Shown piece by piece: positions 52,101-60,051 of a DNA stretch of 64,000 bases (its first letter is position 1; the number at the start of each line of letters is the position of its first letter). Both the position numbers and the translations under genes were made by a program. Where the stretch lies: positions 1 through 64,000 of IMG/VR virus record IMGVR_UViG_3300032268_001383; one strand, written 5' to 3'. The notes below the pieces were generated by a model, which was not told the DNA's origin, did no database searches, and worked only from the letters and a program-made list of their open reading frames with translations. The DNA is from a virus.

Positions 52101-52892
52101 TTTGAATTCTATAGACCCAATTATAAAGTTTTCACCATTTATGTAGAGTTTGCTTTCAACTGTTGCATAATTTTGATTAACCAATCTTAATTTATTATCT
52201 AGTACCAATTGAGTTATGTTTACCCAAGTAGGTGTACTTGACGAGTCGTCTCTTAAATAAAAACCAGAACTGCTTACACCGCTATTCAGATTGAGTGGGT
52301 CTGATGATGCCAAAAACTGTCTTGAGCAATAAATTATACTATCAGAAAAAAGTACAGCTGTTGTTGTGAGTGTAGAACCTAAATTATATAACTTACCAGA
52401 AAATTTTGAAATAGTACCAAGAGTAGCAAATGGAGTTATAGATGTGTTAAGATTGTTAAAAGTTATTCCAAGATGATTAATTTTAATGCTATTAATATAA
52501 TCAAATTCTCTTTGTGTTTCAACATGATTAACTTTAATAGAATTAGTGACATCATCTCCGAAATATGGAAGTTCACCTGTAAATTCTAAATCCAAAATTA
52601 ATCTACATCCATCACAAGCTAAAACTCTATACCCATCCGTAAACTTACTGTATTTATCTCGTGATATAAATAAATCAGAATCATAATTTCCATTTACGAT
52701 AAAGATTCTATCACCAACATTAAAGTTTGTACTAGATTCAGTATAAAAAACTGTTTTTTTAGAACCAGAGATTTCAATAGATTCTACATAATTCAAGAGT
52801 ATAGAACTATAGAATTTATTAGAAACTGTCGTTTTCTGAAATGTTATATTTTCCTCAAGTGGATTTAAGCTTGTTACAACTGGAATTGCCAT
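46128..52892 (-). CDS. giant (2254 aa) virion protein with W/F-x-x-G pentapeptide-like repeats
   Basis: Long runs of 'W..G.F..G.F' repeats; TAATATATA at 52917-52925. Confidence 0.7.
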   Translation of the reverse strand: MAIPVVTSLNPLEENITFQKTTVSNKFYSSILLNYVESIEISGSKKTVFYTESSTNFNVGDRIFIVNGNYDSDLFISRDKYSKFTDGYRVLACDGCRLILDLEFTGELPYFGDDVTNSIKVNHVETQREFDYINSIKINHLGITFNNLNTSITPFATLGTISKFSGKLYNLGSTLTTTAVLFSDSIIYCSRQFLASSDPLNLNSGVSSSGFYLRDDSSSTPTWVNITQLVLDNKLRLVNQNYATVESKLYINGENFIIGSIEFKQRNTYTHLDGIWNLDIRYKKPFISRLNFRYGNFGGNHKDGVFGSFERKNNWNNATWNSGIFMNSNWNSGTMESKSAAGEKFFFSTLDKTSTNSPIQTIDFSNNRGFGFNLVEDSSIIRGDIKNGNFENCNLGIGSTVSALDVYLGQTFSYDLKISGLFKKCDIDAVETERATLNTSYVNNSHIVNSNIVNSQVVYSVGEKSQVNDEEGINVIGADLWSYNTDLTTLSVRGILKLYISDADSQKIQSGDAFYLTKLNKNLFLTSLSNDQRIKLPIENKFIFDIYSNSDLSRRKIIVSVKNKNDNKVKSIVRQTLSGYQTNFSLQNSDYSSIDIDTSALAFWENTITLVNTPPYNTGIEYCLSPILPNQIDLLFSKSSLSNLDYKNGYLVNSNWISGNNINYRHHRIRLSPSNILSIESFTPDTINVSLPLNPMNRDINIPGEDLFVGDIVWINSIEQIIGTTIKSIDGKYRVNSINVISNIKEITLSSIDGLTFSNSIFDIFRTTGADNNNYSSIHKFRIENSTINSGLFVNTSLKNNVIKNTNFNNLDKNIDPINVERLRLINIIFKNTLNQINSGYIFKSHFVNDIWNSGIILNSIWNGATFKNGIFNSGYWQSGRFLNGSFINSKDVNPTRQDYDNTTQLYRNWLLGNFDGGEFYNSVWANGTFSNGRFYNSDWYSGIWNNGILGSSNLRYLDTKMSYYSPLTISGTQTIWNDGIVENAIIGGSSSVYWYGGKFNNGEFTSFGSNTTNESIWYSGDFNNGKFTGLARWKNGKFTKGKFHSYYGMTYSSPTNSSTYSIHYGWEDGKFLGGEFGNGSTLTNSVWYTGEFKGGNFQGRMWYSGLFTKGEFFGSGSGSSIYNSNVSNMGEYNFADSFRNDYFGLWISGDVSDNPKNIKTEERVITEPVRKVEEVSIDNSVKFSNVLWMSGTFSHKNAIFENSVWLSGNFYNGTFDSSIFNAYVDRSFSGTNSSSFATTQSCVWHGGNFDSTLGTASFYISEWKSGTFNRGYMSGALWREGVWNYGFADNIIWLDGLWRNGNWNGAPFGYSDIDTTLTPLELKPGRSRDIILNVAINLGNNNKIYVNNAFSASVAYVILTDPNINSLNFSTSSVYSGNNEQYFYEETLNNNNSISNPLGLNTSGSINPVIYNSARWVHGTTFSLSGGQIITNGHVYTQTVTPQPNREEPESNRLFACINGLTPNLEVFSQPDKTYILSLQLTVEGKEKVDVFVKIGNKDEIKLTLPSISQQVGNNIFYFPFQHDITFIYTTGNPIITPDDTRFYIKKGRGGKLRVLYLSIVERVFEYHPLYNNAIISNSIIFVNDRVVLPNDPNLTVLAASKDGNLVSINIGNGIFKSGIWENGIWNNGFRSNSMLGEEDYYKFSNVVGLNGVTPYAGKGTYQISPISWLVTLQSIDTLQGLNVGDKISIGNLVAIDINENRKLIKDYFTISEIDLTFNTVVVELVTNFPVMRVERDSENHLIYLTKNIWLSGAFLNGSFRGVWNNGLFKSYPRIGTIGNTHWIDGKFDGGRFISRKSQIPLVSSYNTGLVQNFTFIDNNSVDATSGLPKWQSWIDVNYVEKTKTTINEESVLFKLNNYPPTIATSIFTYSVTEDTILQSYDGIYSGDDPILLQGGTTDDILESSSIFRDYNNRNFTYKLGTKFKIYQNFIPNGGNFTEPFSNNIGYGLDLTNFNNNGWYVNDFSSTFSITSSVAVGQLLNISTLNPVQIDSNINSNTSGDSLTANRLRLKTSTAFGSAIIQIWTPNTKIHFRFARVVLNNDNIETIRNRYYLTEVNLHRLDIKPGTWSTPTTPVYTHGRGANFNLVPNFNNYELFYSELANPSLTQRQFFFNKKNLDLNIEVFSSLTETGTPPLPVNFPQPVINNSIDILFNNISFYEVDMVPFFNYYQDKKVETIYGRDFLIDARIQTPWSAQAPFIDYSDANFDFIGNVNLTIDSETVNNQTSYTVISVGGVSGTINIPPGNSNVVTSAN

Positions 52893-52968
52893 CTAAAACT
52901 AATTCAATATTTTAAATATATATTAAATTGCTAAATGGATCTATTGAAATGAATTAATAAAATTTAAT

Positions 52969-53694
52969 ATGTTTATACCCTACTTAGGATCGAAATTTAA
53001 ATTTGCTGATTTTATAATATCGAATTTTCCAAAAAATTTTGGAACTTACGTTGAACCATTTGGTGGTGCATTTTCTATTTTTTTCGAATTGGAGTATAAT
53101 ATTAACACAAAATATATTTATAATGATGTAAATATTTATAATTACCTTCTTTTAAAATTCTTAAATGATGTACAATTTCTAAATTCTCTAAAAAAATTAG
53201 AGGTTAATAGAGATGTTTTTAAAGTGATTCAAAGAGATTTCAAGAATAATAATTGGTCGGATTTTGATAAAGCTACCAACTGGTTAATTCTGCTTCTTTG
53301 TACTCAAACTCAATTCGATATATTGTCATCTGATTATAAAGGAAACTTCAATTTCGAAGCTTTCAAACTTAAACTACCCCATTATCAAGAAAAAATGAAA
53401 AAAATAAGTAGTTACCACAATATAGATTACTTGGAAATAATAGATGTATATGATAGTCCTGATACATTCTTTTATTTAGATCCGCCTTACAAAAATTTAG
53501 AATCCTATTATCTAAATCATAATTTCGGTGAAAATTCTCATTACGAATTATCACAAAAATTAAATAGTATTCAAGGTAAATTTGTTCTAAGCTATTATTA
53601 TTTTCCGGAAATGGAAGAATGGTATAAAGACTGTAGAATGATTAAGAAAAGAACTTTGATGGGCACAGAATATCTAATAATGAACTATCAGTAA
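52969..53694 (+). CDS. D12-class (Dam-like) DNA adenine methyltransferase
   Basis: 'PYLGSK', 'YVEPFGG', 'YND', 'FFYLDPPY'. Confidence 0.85.
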   Translation: MFIPYLGSKFKFADFIISNFPKNFGTYVEPFGGAFSIFFELEYNINTKYIYNDVNIYNYLLLKFLNDVQFLNSLKKLEVNRDVFKVIQRDFKNNNWSDFDKATNWLILLLCTQTQFDILSSDYKGNFNFEAFKLKLPHYQEKMKKISSYHNIDYLEIIDVYDSPDTFFYLDPPYKNLESYYLNHNFGENSHYELSQKLNSIQGKFVLSYYYFPEMEEWYKDCRMIKKRTLMGTEYLIMNYQ

Positions 53695-53745
53695 TTATAA
53701 ATAATTACCTCACTACTTTCTTTCGTATTTTCATAAATTTATTTC

Positions 53746-54030
53746 TTAATATTGATTTCCTTTTATGAGTATAACTTTTTCACTTTTTGACCAACCAGCT
53801 GTGTCTGATAAACTATCTCCTCTTCCAGTACATCTACCAACAGTGGTCTCAACTATTTCCAAAATTTCAGATGGTTCCTCTGCAACATTTACAGCAACTT
53901 TTGTGTTTTCGTCGAATTTTTTCAAATAGTTAATCAATTGTCCAACAGTTGATAGAGGATTATCAAAGTACCCATCTAAATCCCATTCTTCCATTTCATT
54001 AAATTTTTTTAAGTTTGTCATTTTTTTCAT
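53746..54030 (-). CDS. hypothetical protein with leader M(KKM)TNLKKFNEM
   Basis: 94 aa; 'TVGQLINYLKKFDENTKV'. Confidence 0.65.
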   Translation of the reverse strand: MKKMTNLKKFNEMEEWDLDGYFDNPLSTVGQLINYLKKFDENTKVAVNVAEEPSEILEIVETTVGRCTGRGDSLSDTAGWSKSEKVILIKGNQY

Positions 54031-54085
54031 ACTATTTTTTTATTTATATATATAAATATTTTCATATCAAAAATTATTTATAAGT

Positions 54086-54724
54086 TTATTCTTCATCATC
54101 ATATTCCTCTTCACCATCATCATCATCATCATATTCTTTCTGAATTTTGATTTCCTTTACATCATTAGTTATTTCTTTTACTAATCTTTCTAATGTTTTT
54201 TTGCCTTTAATTGCAACATTCCAATGTTTATCAATTAAATCATATATTATTTCTAATATATCTTCTTTAGTTGAATCATTTTTTAATTTAAAATACTTAT
54301 TTATATAAGTACTCCTAACTTCATCAATTGAGATAAGAGAAAATATCATTACACTTTTTAGATAATCAGTATAAGTGATATTTATTTCTAATCCCATAAC
54401 CAAATTTAAATACTTATCTAAAGTACATAATTTGATGGTTTTGTGTATTTCATCTGGTTCAAAATACTTTGAAGCACTAAGTCCAAATTGATCTACTCCA
54501 TTATATTTTTGTATAAATTCATCAAGTGTTTTACAATCTTTGTTGATAGTGAATCTATCGATTATAGCCTTAGAAACCTCTTCGATATACTCTGGTGAAG
54601 ATTTAAGAAGAAGTAAAGCCATCTTAATATCTGATGTATTATTAGTTAATATCATATCACAGATATTATTTGCTTGATTTGAGAAACTCTCATTAAACTT
54701 TTTAAATTTTAGTATTCTTTTCAT
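54086..54724 (-). CDS. hypothetical protein with leader MKRILKFKKFNES
   Basis: 212 aa, acidic C-terminus. Confidence 0.7.
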   Translation of the reverse strand: MKRILKFKKFNESFSNQANNICDMILTNNTSDIKMALLLLKSSPEYIEEVSKAIIDRFTINKDCKTLDEFIQKYNGVDQFGLSASKYFEPDEIHKTIKLCTLDKYLNLVMGLEINITYTDYLKSVMIFSLISIDEVRSTYINKYFKLKNDSTKEDILEIIYDLIDKHWNVAIKGKKTLERLVKEITNDVKEIKIQKEYDDDDDGEEEYDDEE

Positions 54725-54727
54725 TTT

Positions 54728-55114
54728 TTAATTTAGTATTTCTTTTTTTAGAAACTCTAATAGTCCCATAAATTCATCACATTTGTATGTAGATTCATGA
54801 TAGTCACCATCATCATATGGTTCATATGAGTATAGAAAAACATAGTACCACTCATCATGATCTTTAAAAAAACGTAAATCAATATATAGATCACCTATAT
54901 CCAAATAAAATTCTTCTTCTTCAAATTCAGTAGTTGGAGATTTTCGGACTGAAACATCTTCAAATTTTTCTTGAATCATATCATTTATAATATCAATTTC
55001 CTCTTGGATGATGGGAACTATACCTTCTATTTTAGAACCATACACTTCATCAGACACAACTTGATAAAGTTCCGAATTATCCTCAAATAAATTATAATTT
55101 TTTATATATCTCAT
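54728..55114 (-). CDS. hypothetical protein with leader MRYIKNYNLFED
   Basis: 128 aa; shares YKC..F.GL domain with neighbour. Confidence 0.7.
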   Translation of the reverse strand: MRYIKNYNLFEDNSELYQVVSDEVYGSKIEGIVPIIQEEIDIINDMIQEKFEDVSVRKSPTTEFEEEEFYLDIGDLYIDLRFFKDHDEWYYVFLYSYEPYDDGDYHESTYKCDEFMGLLEFLKKEILN

Positions 55115-55141
55115 TTATTATTTATATTCTTTTTTTAACTT

Positions 55142-55906
55142 TTACCAAAGTGTCATGTAGTATTCGGCTACCCAATTATGTATTCCATCGATAAGGCATT
55201 GCTCTAAACCAACAAAGTCAAAACATTTATAATAATATTCACTATGGTTAACATTCATAATAGCAAAATACCTATCATCATCATCCCTACAAAACGAAAA
55301 TTCAGAGTCCGACATTTGATTAAATATTAATTTTACAACCTCCCCAACTTTTGCTACCTTTATATCTAATAGTTGTTCAGGTATATCTAAATATTTCTTT
55401 TTACTCAATTCTTTTTTGAAAAAATTTAAAACATTTTCAATTTCATTTTGACGAATTGTCTCAAGTTCAGGGTCATATTTTTTTTCATCACTTTCATCTA
55501 CCGAACATTCTATTCCATCTTCTGAAAAAGTGATATTTTGTATTTCTTTCCAAAATTCTCTATCTTGTTCTACTGTTATAGTTTTGGAATCTGTACCAAA
55601 ATCATTTTTGCAAGTAAGAGTAATTTCATTAGTGCCCTGCTTTAGTTTAAGATAATTTGCAACGAAATTCGAATTCTTATCAAATCTGAAATCCATCAAT
55701 CCTCCAGGTTCAAATCTAAAGTTAGTAAATTCAACACCATTAACTTCTAAAGTTATGTTACTTGCATCATCAATGTTTGAAATCTTAGCCTGTATGGTAA
55801 TATTATGATGTTGGGTGAAAATTTCATCTGAGTTAGGGACAATAATTGATATTATTGGTAACTGTCCTGAATTTTCAAAAAGTTTAAAAGTTTTTAAATG
55901 TTTCAT
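55142..55906 (-). CDS. hypothetical protein with leader MKHLKTFKLFEN; Ig-like domain plus YKC domain
   Basis: 'P.ISIIVP..ITLEVNG..LKQGTNEITLTCKN..G.DSKTITV' Ig-like domain. Confidence 0.7.
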   Translation of the reverse strand: MKHLKTFKLFENSGQLPIISIIVPNSDEIFTQHHNITIQAKISNIDDASNITLEVNGVEFTNFRFEPGGLMDFRFDKNSNFVANYLKLKQGTNEITLTCKNDFGTDSKTITVEQDREFWKEIQNITFSEDGIECSVDESDEKKYDPELETIRQNEIENVLNFFKKELSKKKYLDIPEQLLDIKVAKVGEVVKLIFNQMSDSEFSFCRDDDDRYFAIMNVNHSEYYYKCFDFVGLEQCLIDGIHNWVAEYYMTLW

Positions 55907-55932
55907 TTTGTATTACTTAAATTCTGTTTTAT
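55882..55932. repeat. direct repeat copy A (51 bp)
   Basis: 47/51 identical to 56822-56872; 28-bp perfect core attttgtattacttaaattctgttttat. Confidence 0.9.
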
Positions 55933-56846
55933 TTACTAATGAATTTTTTAAATTTATCTAAAAACTCAATAAAATCTTTATCAAATAAATTTATACTTAT
56001 TCCAATATCTTTTAATGAGTTGATATAGTCAGAGAAATATTTTTTATCATATATCGTAGATTGTTCCAGAGTTTCAATTCCTATATTTGGGTACATTTTT
56101 TCATATCCTATATAAGTTTTGTAGTCATTCTTCTCAACGTATTGTTTCAATTTATCCAAATTCCTATCAATTATACCAACATATTTTTCGTAATCAACAT
56201 CTTCTAAATTATCAAATGAATATTCATAAAATAATTTTTCTAAAGTTTCAAAAGTTGTATTCCAATCATATATACTTTTGGCAAAATCATCTCCCTGAAA
56301 TTTAGTTTTTACATATGGAAGTATTTCACTCTTTTTAAATTCAGTTCTCTCAACCCATTCAGGGTATTTCTTTTTTAATTCATCAATTAGTTTGGAAATC
56401 CTTTCCACAATCCTATCTTCAAAAATTATAGTCTTATCATTATAAAGCCCTTTCCCTTCGTCATAAATCTCCTTGAAATCACTTCCTTTATTTATGTGCA
56501 ATTGAACAGCGCCATACTCATTAGTTGAATCGAGATAATGGTGATCAACATAAAATAAAGAAGTAATATTTTTTCTATTTTGTGGGGTATTATCAACATC
56601 ATAAAATTCAATGATTGAATCAATAATTGAATTTGTAACAACATCTATAATAATGCTGGACTTATTTATTCGAGCTGCGTCAAATTGAATTTGCTTCTCA
56701 TTCTTACCAATTACTGTACGTCCCCTTTTATGACCCGTAATTTTGGTTAATGCATCAATTAAATTATTTGAAATGAAAGTATTGACATCGTAACTATCCA
56801 ACGATTTTAATTCATTTAATTGTCTAAAAGTCTTTAAACGTTTAAT
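55929..56846 (-). CDS. hypothetical protein with leader (ATT)KRLKTFRQLNE
   Basis: Track ORF starts at TTG 56801; the in-frame upstream leader begins at ATT 56846, aligned with the ATG in the repeat copy. Confidence 0.65.
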   Translation of the reverse strand: MKRLKTFRQLNELKSLDSYDVNTFISNNLIDALTKITGHKRGRTVIGKNEKQIQFDAARINKSSIIIDVVTNSIIDSIIEFYDVDNTPQNRKNITSLFYVDHHYLDSTNEYGAVQLHINKGSDFKEIYDEGKGLYNDKTIIFEDRIVERISKLIDELKKKYPEWVERTEFKKSEILPYVKTKFQGDDFAKSIYDWNTTFETLEKLFYEYSFDNLEDVDYEKYVGIIDRNLDKLKQYVEKNDYKTYIGYEKMYPNIGIETLEQSTIYDKKYFSDYINSLKDIGISINLFDKDFIEFLDKFKKFISK

Positions 56847-56872
56847 TTTGTATTACTTAAATTCTGTTTTAT
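56822..56872. repeat. direct repeat copy B (51 bp)
   Basis: Matches 55882-55932 at 940-bp offset. Confidence 0.9.
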
Positions 56873-57962
56873 CATTTGATAAATAAAAATCATCGAAGTT
56901 AAAATATTTTTCATAGACTTCTCTAATTTTGTTTATGTTAACTTTTTCAACAATATCTTTAACAGACCAACCTTTCGGTAAAATCCAATGATTTACATTA
57001 CTAAATCGATTAATCCTATCCTTTTTTAACTTAATCAAATAAGATTCTTTAATTGTTTCCAACCTTCCTTTAGTGATATATTTATCAGGGTTAGTAATTA
57101 CTGTTCTTACAGCATCATAAACACTTTCAACATTCTTAGAAGATGTCTGTGTTGTTATCGATGTCACACCTTGTTGATTCATTCTTGATTGAAAACATCT
57201 AATATAGTATACTAATCCTCTTTTTTCTCTTACTTCTGTATAAAGTGGTGAAGATAAACCAGATGATAACATACTATTTATGAAAGTGATATAAGCGAAG
57301 TCCGATTCTGCTACCGGAGAAACCATAATTAAGGAAGATTTATCACCAAAATCATTCATCTTTTCTATAGTCGCCTCTGGATAAGGTCCAAATTTTACTT
57401 TTTTGTTTATCTTAGGTTGAAAGAAATCAATATCATCTCTATCAAATTTTGTTTTAGCGGAAACATTGATAATTTTTGTTGGGTTTTGAAATTGTAATTC
57501 GAAGAAATTTAGACAATCCATAAATTTAAGATTTTCTAAATCTTCTCTCCTTCCAATTGGATCATAGTCTAAAAACAACTTTCTGCCTAAATTCAAAGCA
57601 TGCGATTCTGTTTGTTCCCCAAAATAATCTGTGTATTCTTGAAGAACAATATTTCTTTCTTTTTCGAAGTCCTCTTTAGTAATATTAAATTGTGACATCA
57701 AGTCAAAAATTTCATATTTACGTGCGTTTATGTTCTCTTCTAAGCCAGTAAAATAAAAAACTATATTATTACTATCGGTATAGGCATTCCAGTCAATAGA
57801 TTCTCTTTCTAAATCTTCTCTTAGATGTTCGAAATTTTTGCACATTAAATGTTCTCCTAAATGTGCCAACCCTTTCCAACCTTCTTTTTCTAAATTAGTA
57901 GAACCTTCGTAAACGATATAGAATCCAGATAAATCTGTTTGACTTTTGAGATTAATAATCAT
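56853..57962 (-). CDS. M16 (pitrilysin/MPP-family) zinc peptidase
   Basis: Inverted zinc motif HLGEH, 'NAYT', 'EKERNIVLQE', 'SSPLYTEVREKRGLVY'. Confidence 0.9.
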   Translation of the reverse strand: MIINLKSQTDLSGFYIVYEGSTNLEKEGWKGLAHLGEHLMCKNFEHLREDLERESIDWNAYTDSNNIVFYFTGLEENINARKYEIFDLMSQFNITKEDFEKERNIVLQEYTDYFGEQTESHALNLGRKLFLDYDPIGRREDLENLKFMDCLNFFELQFQNPTKIINVSAKTKFDRDDIDFFQPKINKKVKFGPYPEATIEKMNDFGDKSSLIMVSPVAESDFAYITFINSMLSSGLSSPLYTEVREKRGLVYYIRCFQSRMNQQGVTSITTQTSSKNVESVYDAVRTVITNPDKYITKGRLETIKESYLIKLKKDRINRFSNVNHWILPKGWSVKDIVEKVNINKIREVYEKYFNFDDFYLSNDKTEFK

Positions 57963-58116
57963 TTTCTTCTAAATATTTTTTTATTATATAATCAACCAAT
58001 CTTGATTTCTTATAAAAATTTTTTTCAATAGTAATTTTTTCTAATTTACTATTCGAATCATTATCTATACTTATAGATATTTTAACTTTCTTTTTATTGT
58101 GAGGTATTTTAGCCAT
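57952..58116 (-). CDS. ribbon-helix-helix DNA-binding protein
   Basis: 'KKKVKISISID...KLE....KSRLVDYII'; ATG at 58116 after TAATATATA (58125-58133). Confidence 0.6.
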   Translation of the reverse strand: MAKIPHNKKKVKISISIDNDSNSKLEKITIEKNFYKKSRLVDYIIKKYLEENDY

Positions 58117-58227
58117 ATTCAAATTATATATTAAAATCAATAACTGTAATATTAATGTATGAAAAAAAGTTTTAAAAAGGTAAGAAAAAAGTAAGAAGAA
58201 AACAAGTGTTATTTAATATATAGTACT

Positions 58228-59196
58228 ATGATAGTTACAGAAAAAGTATTAATAGAAGTTAATAATAAAAATATCCATATTTTTAGGAAAAAATTAGGTT
58301 GTGATATAGAAATAGGATTGAACGAAATCTCTGTTAGAGATTTATCTAAGGGTAGTCATTTCAAAGTAGAAGTGAAGTGTGATTCTTGTGAAAGTATTAA
58401 TAATATAGAATGGAGAGCCTATTTGAAATTCACAAAAGATGAAACTGATATTTATTGTTGTAAAAAGTGTAACAATGTTAAAGTCCGTAAGACAAATTTG
58501 GAAAGATACGGTGTTGTCTGTAACTCTCAATTAGAAAGTAATAAAAAAAAGGTAAAAGAAAAGTCACATTCATCAAATATAAAAAGAATAGACACGCTTG
58601 AGAAGAAATATGGTGAATTTTATTTTGATGTTATATCTGAAAAAAGGAAAAAAACTATGTTCAATAAGTATGGTGTACAAAGCTCATTTCAAATTGAGGA
58701 AACAAAGGAAAAAAGGAAAAAATCACTAAAGGAAAAATATGGATCAGAAACATTCAATAATCCAGACAAAACAAAAAATACAAGAATATGTAATGGAACT
58801 CAAATAAATGATGACTTGATAAACGATTTCATAGACTATAAAAAAATTGCTGTCAATAGAACAAATACTATTTATAACAACAATAAAGATATAATTAATC
58901 CATTAAAATACAAACGTTCTCAAAATGATTATCATATAGATCATAAATTTTCATTAAAGCAAGGATTTTTGAATAATATACCAATAGAAATAATAACACA
59001 TCCTTTAAATCTACAAATGATATATTGTAAAGAAAACTTATCAAAACAAGATTCTTGTTGTATATCTCTTGAGGATTTGTTGATTTTAATCTTTGAAAAC
59101 GACATCGAAGTAAAAATAAATCATACTTACATAAAAGAAAAATACTCTAATATCAAAGCAACCGTTGAGAACATACTCAAAGGTATCAAAAAGTAA
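58228..59196 (+). CDS. HNH-type homing endonuclease-like protein
   Basis: Zn-finger 'VKCDSC..CCKKC', repeated (E/K)(R/K)YG helices, 'YHIDHKFS..HPLNLQMI...ENLSK'. Confidence 0.75.
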   Translation: MIVTEKVLIEVNNKNIHIFRKKLGCDIEIGLNEISVRDLSKGSHFKVEVKCDSCESINNIEWRAYLKFTKDETDIYCCKKCNNVKVRKTNLERYGVVCNSQLESNKKKVKEKSHSSNIKRIDTLEKKYGEFYFDVISEKRKKTMFNKYGVQSSFQIEETKEKRKKSLKEKYGSETFNNPDKTKNTRICNGTQINDDLINDFIDYKKIAVNRTNTIYNNNKDIINPLKYKRSQNDYHIDHKFSLKQGFLNNIPIEIITHPLNLQMIYCKENLSKQDSCCISLEDLLILIFENDIEVKINHTYIKEKYSNIKATVENILKGIKK

Positions 59197-59255
59197 CCAC
59201 TAAATGCATTTTTTCAAGAATGAAATCTATGTAATTAGATAAATATTTCATTTCT

Positions 59256-60050
59256 TTATTTTTTATATGTTGAATACCACTGATTCAATAATTCTAACGC
59301 TTCTTCTCTTGTTGAAACACTATTAACAATTTTTCCAAATTCAGATTTATAAAAATTTGGTATATCGGCACCACTCAAACCTAAATCAGAAAAATCGTCT
59401 TTTGTAATTAATTGTTCTTTTTTATATGATTTTGCGGCTTTTACTTCTTCTGGTTTTCTTGTAACATTTACTGGGTCAGTAGTCCATGCAAATAGCGGAT
59501 ATTTTCCCCAATATGGGCTTTTTAATAAATCTGAGACAGTTCCGAATCCTATGAATTGTGCTTCTAATAATGTATCTATTTTGTTTTGACACAATTCAGT
59601 TAATTCGGATTTATCTTTACCCAAATCTGATTCTTGCAAAAAATTTCGATCTATTCTATTGAGTTCTTGACTAATTATAGGATTTTTTCTTATGGCTCCA
59701 GTTAGAGTATATCCATAATTGTAATACCACTCATTGATTGTAACGAAAAATGTCCATCCAATAACTGAGTTCTCATCTAGTTTTACTACATAAACATGTT
59801 TACCATATACTGATTTCAAGTCCGGTGAGAAAGCCTTTTCATCCATAAAATGAACACACCTCAATCTGTCAGGAAAACCAGCATTTATTAAAGAATCATT
59901 CCAAATATTCTGACCAGTCAATATTCTATCTTTACTTCTTGACCATTCTATTTCGGTATTGTCACCAATGATATCTTCATGACTGAATCTATAAAATTGA
60001 GGAGATTCAAGATAAGCTTCAAATAATTTAAATGTTTTAATTCTTTTCAT
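59256..60050 (-). CDS. hypothetical protein with leader MKRIKTFKLFEA
   Basis: 264-aa ORF. Confidence 0.7.
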   Translation of the reverse strand: MKRIKTFKLFEAYLESPQFYRFSHEDIIGDNTEIEWSRSKDRILTGQNIWNDSLINAGFPDRLRCVHFMDEKAFSPDLKSVYGKHVYVVKLDENSVIGWTFFVTINEWYYNYGYTLTGAIRKNPIISQELNRIDRNFLQESDLGKDKSELTELCQNKIDTLLEAQFIGFGTVSDLLKSPYWGKYPLFAWTTDPVNVTRKPEEVKAAKSYKKEQLITKDDFSDLGLSGADIPNFYKSEFGKIVNSVSTREEALELLNQWYSTYKK

Positions 60051-60051
60051 T

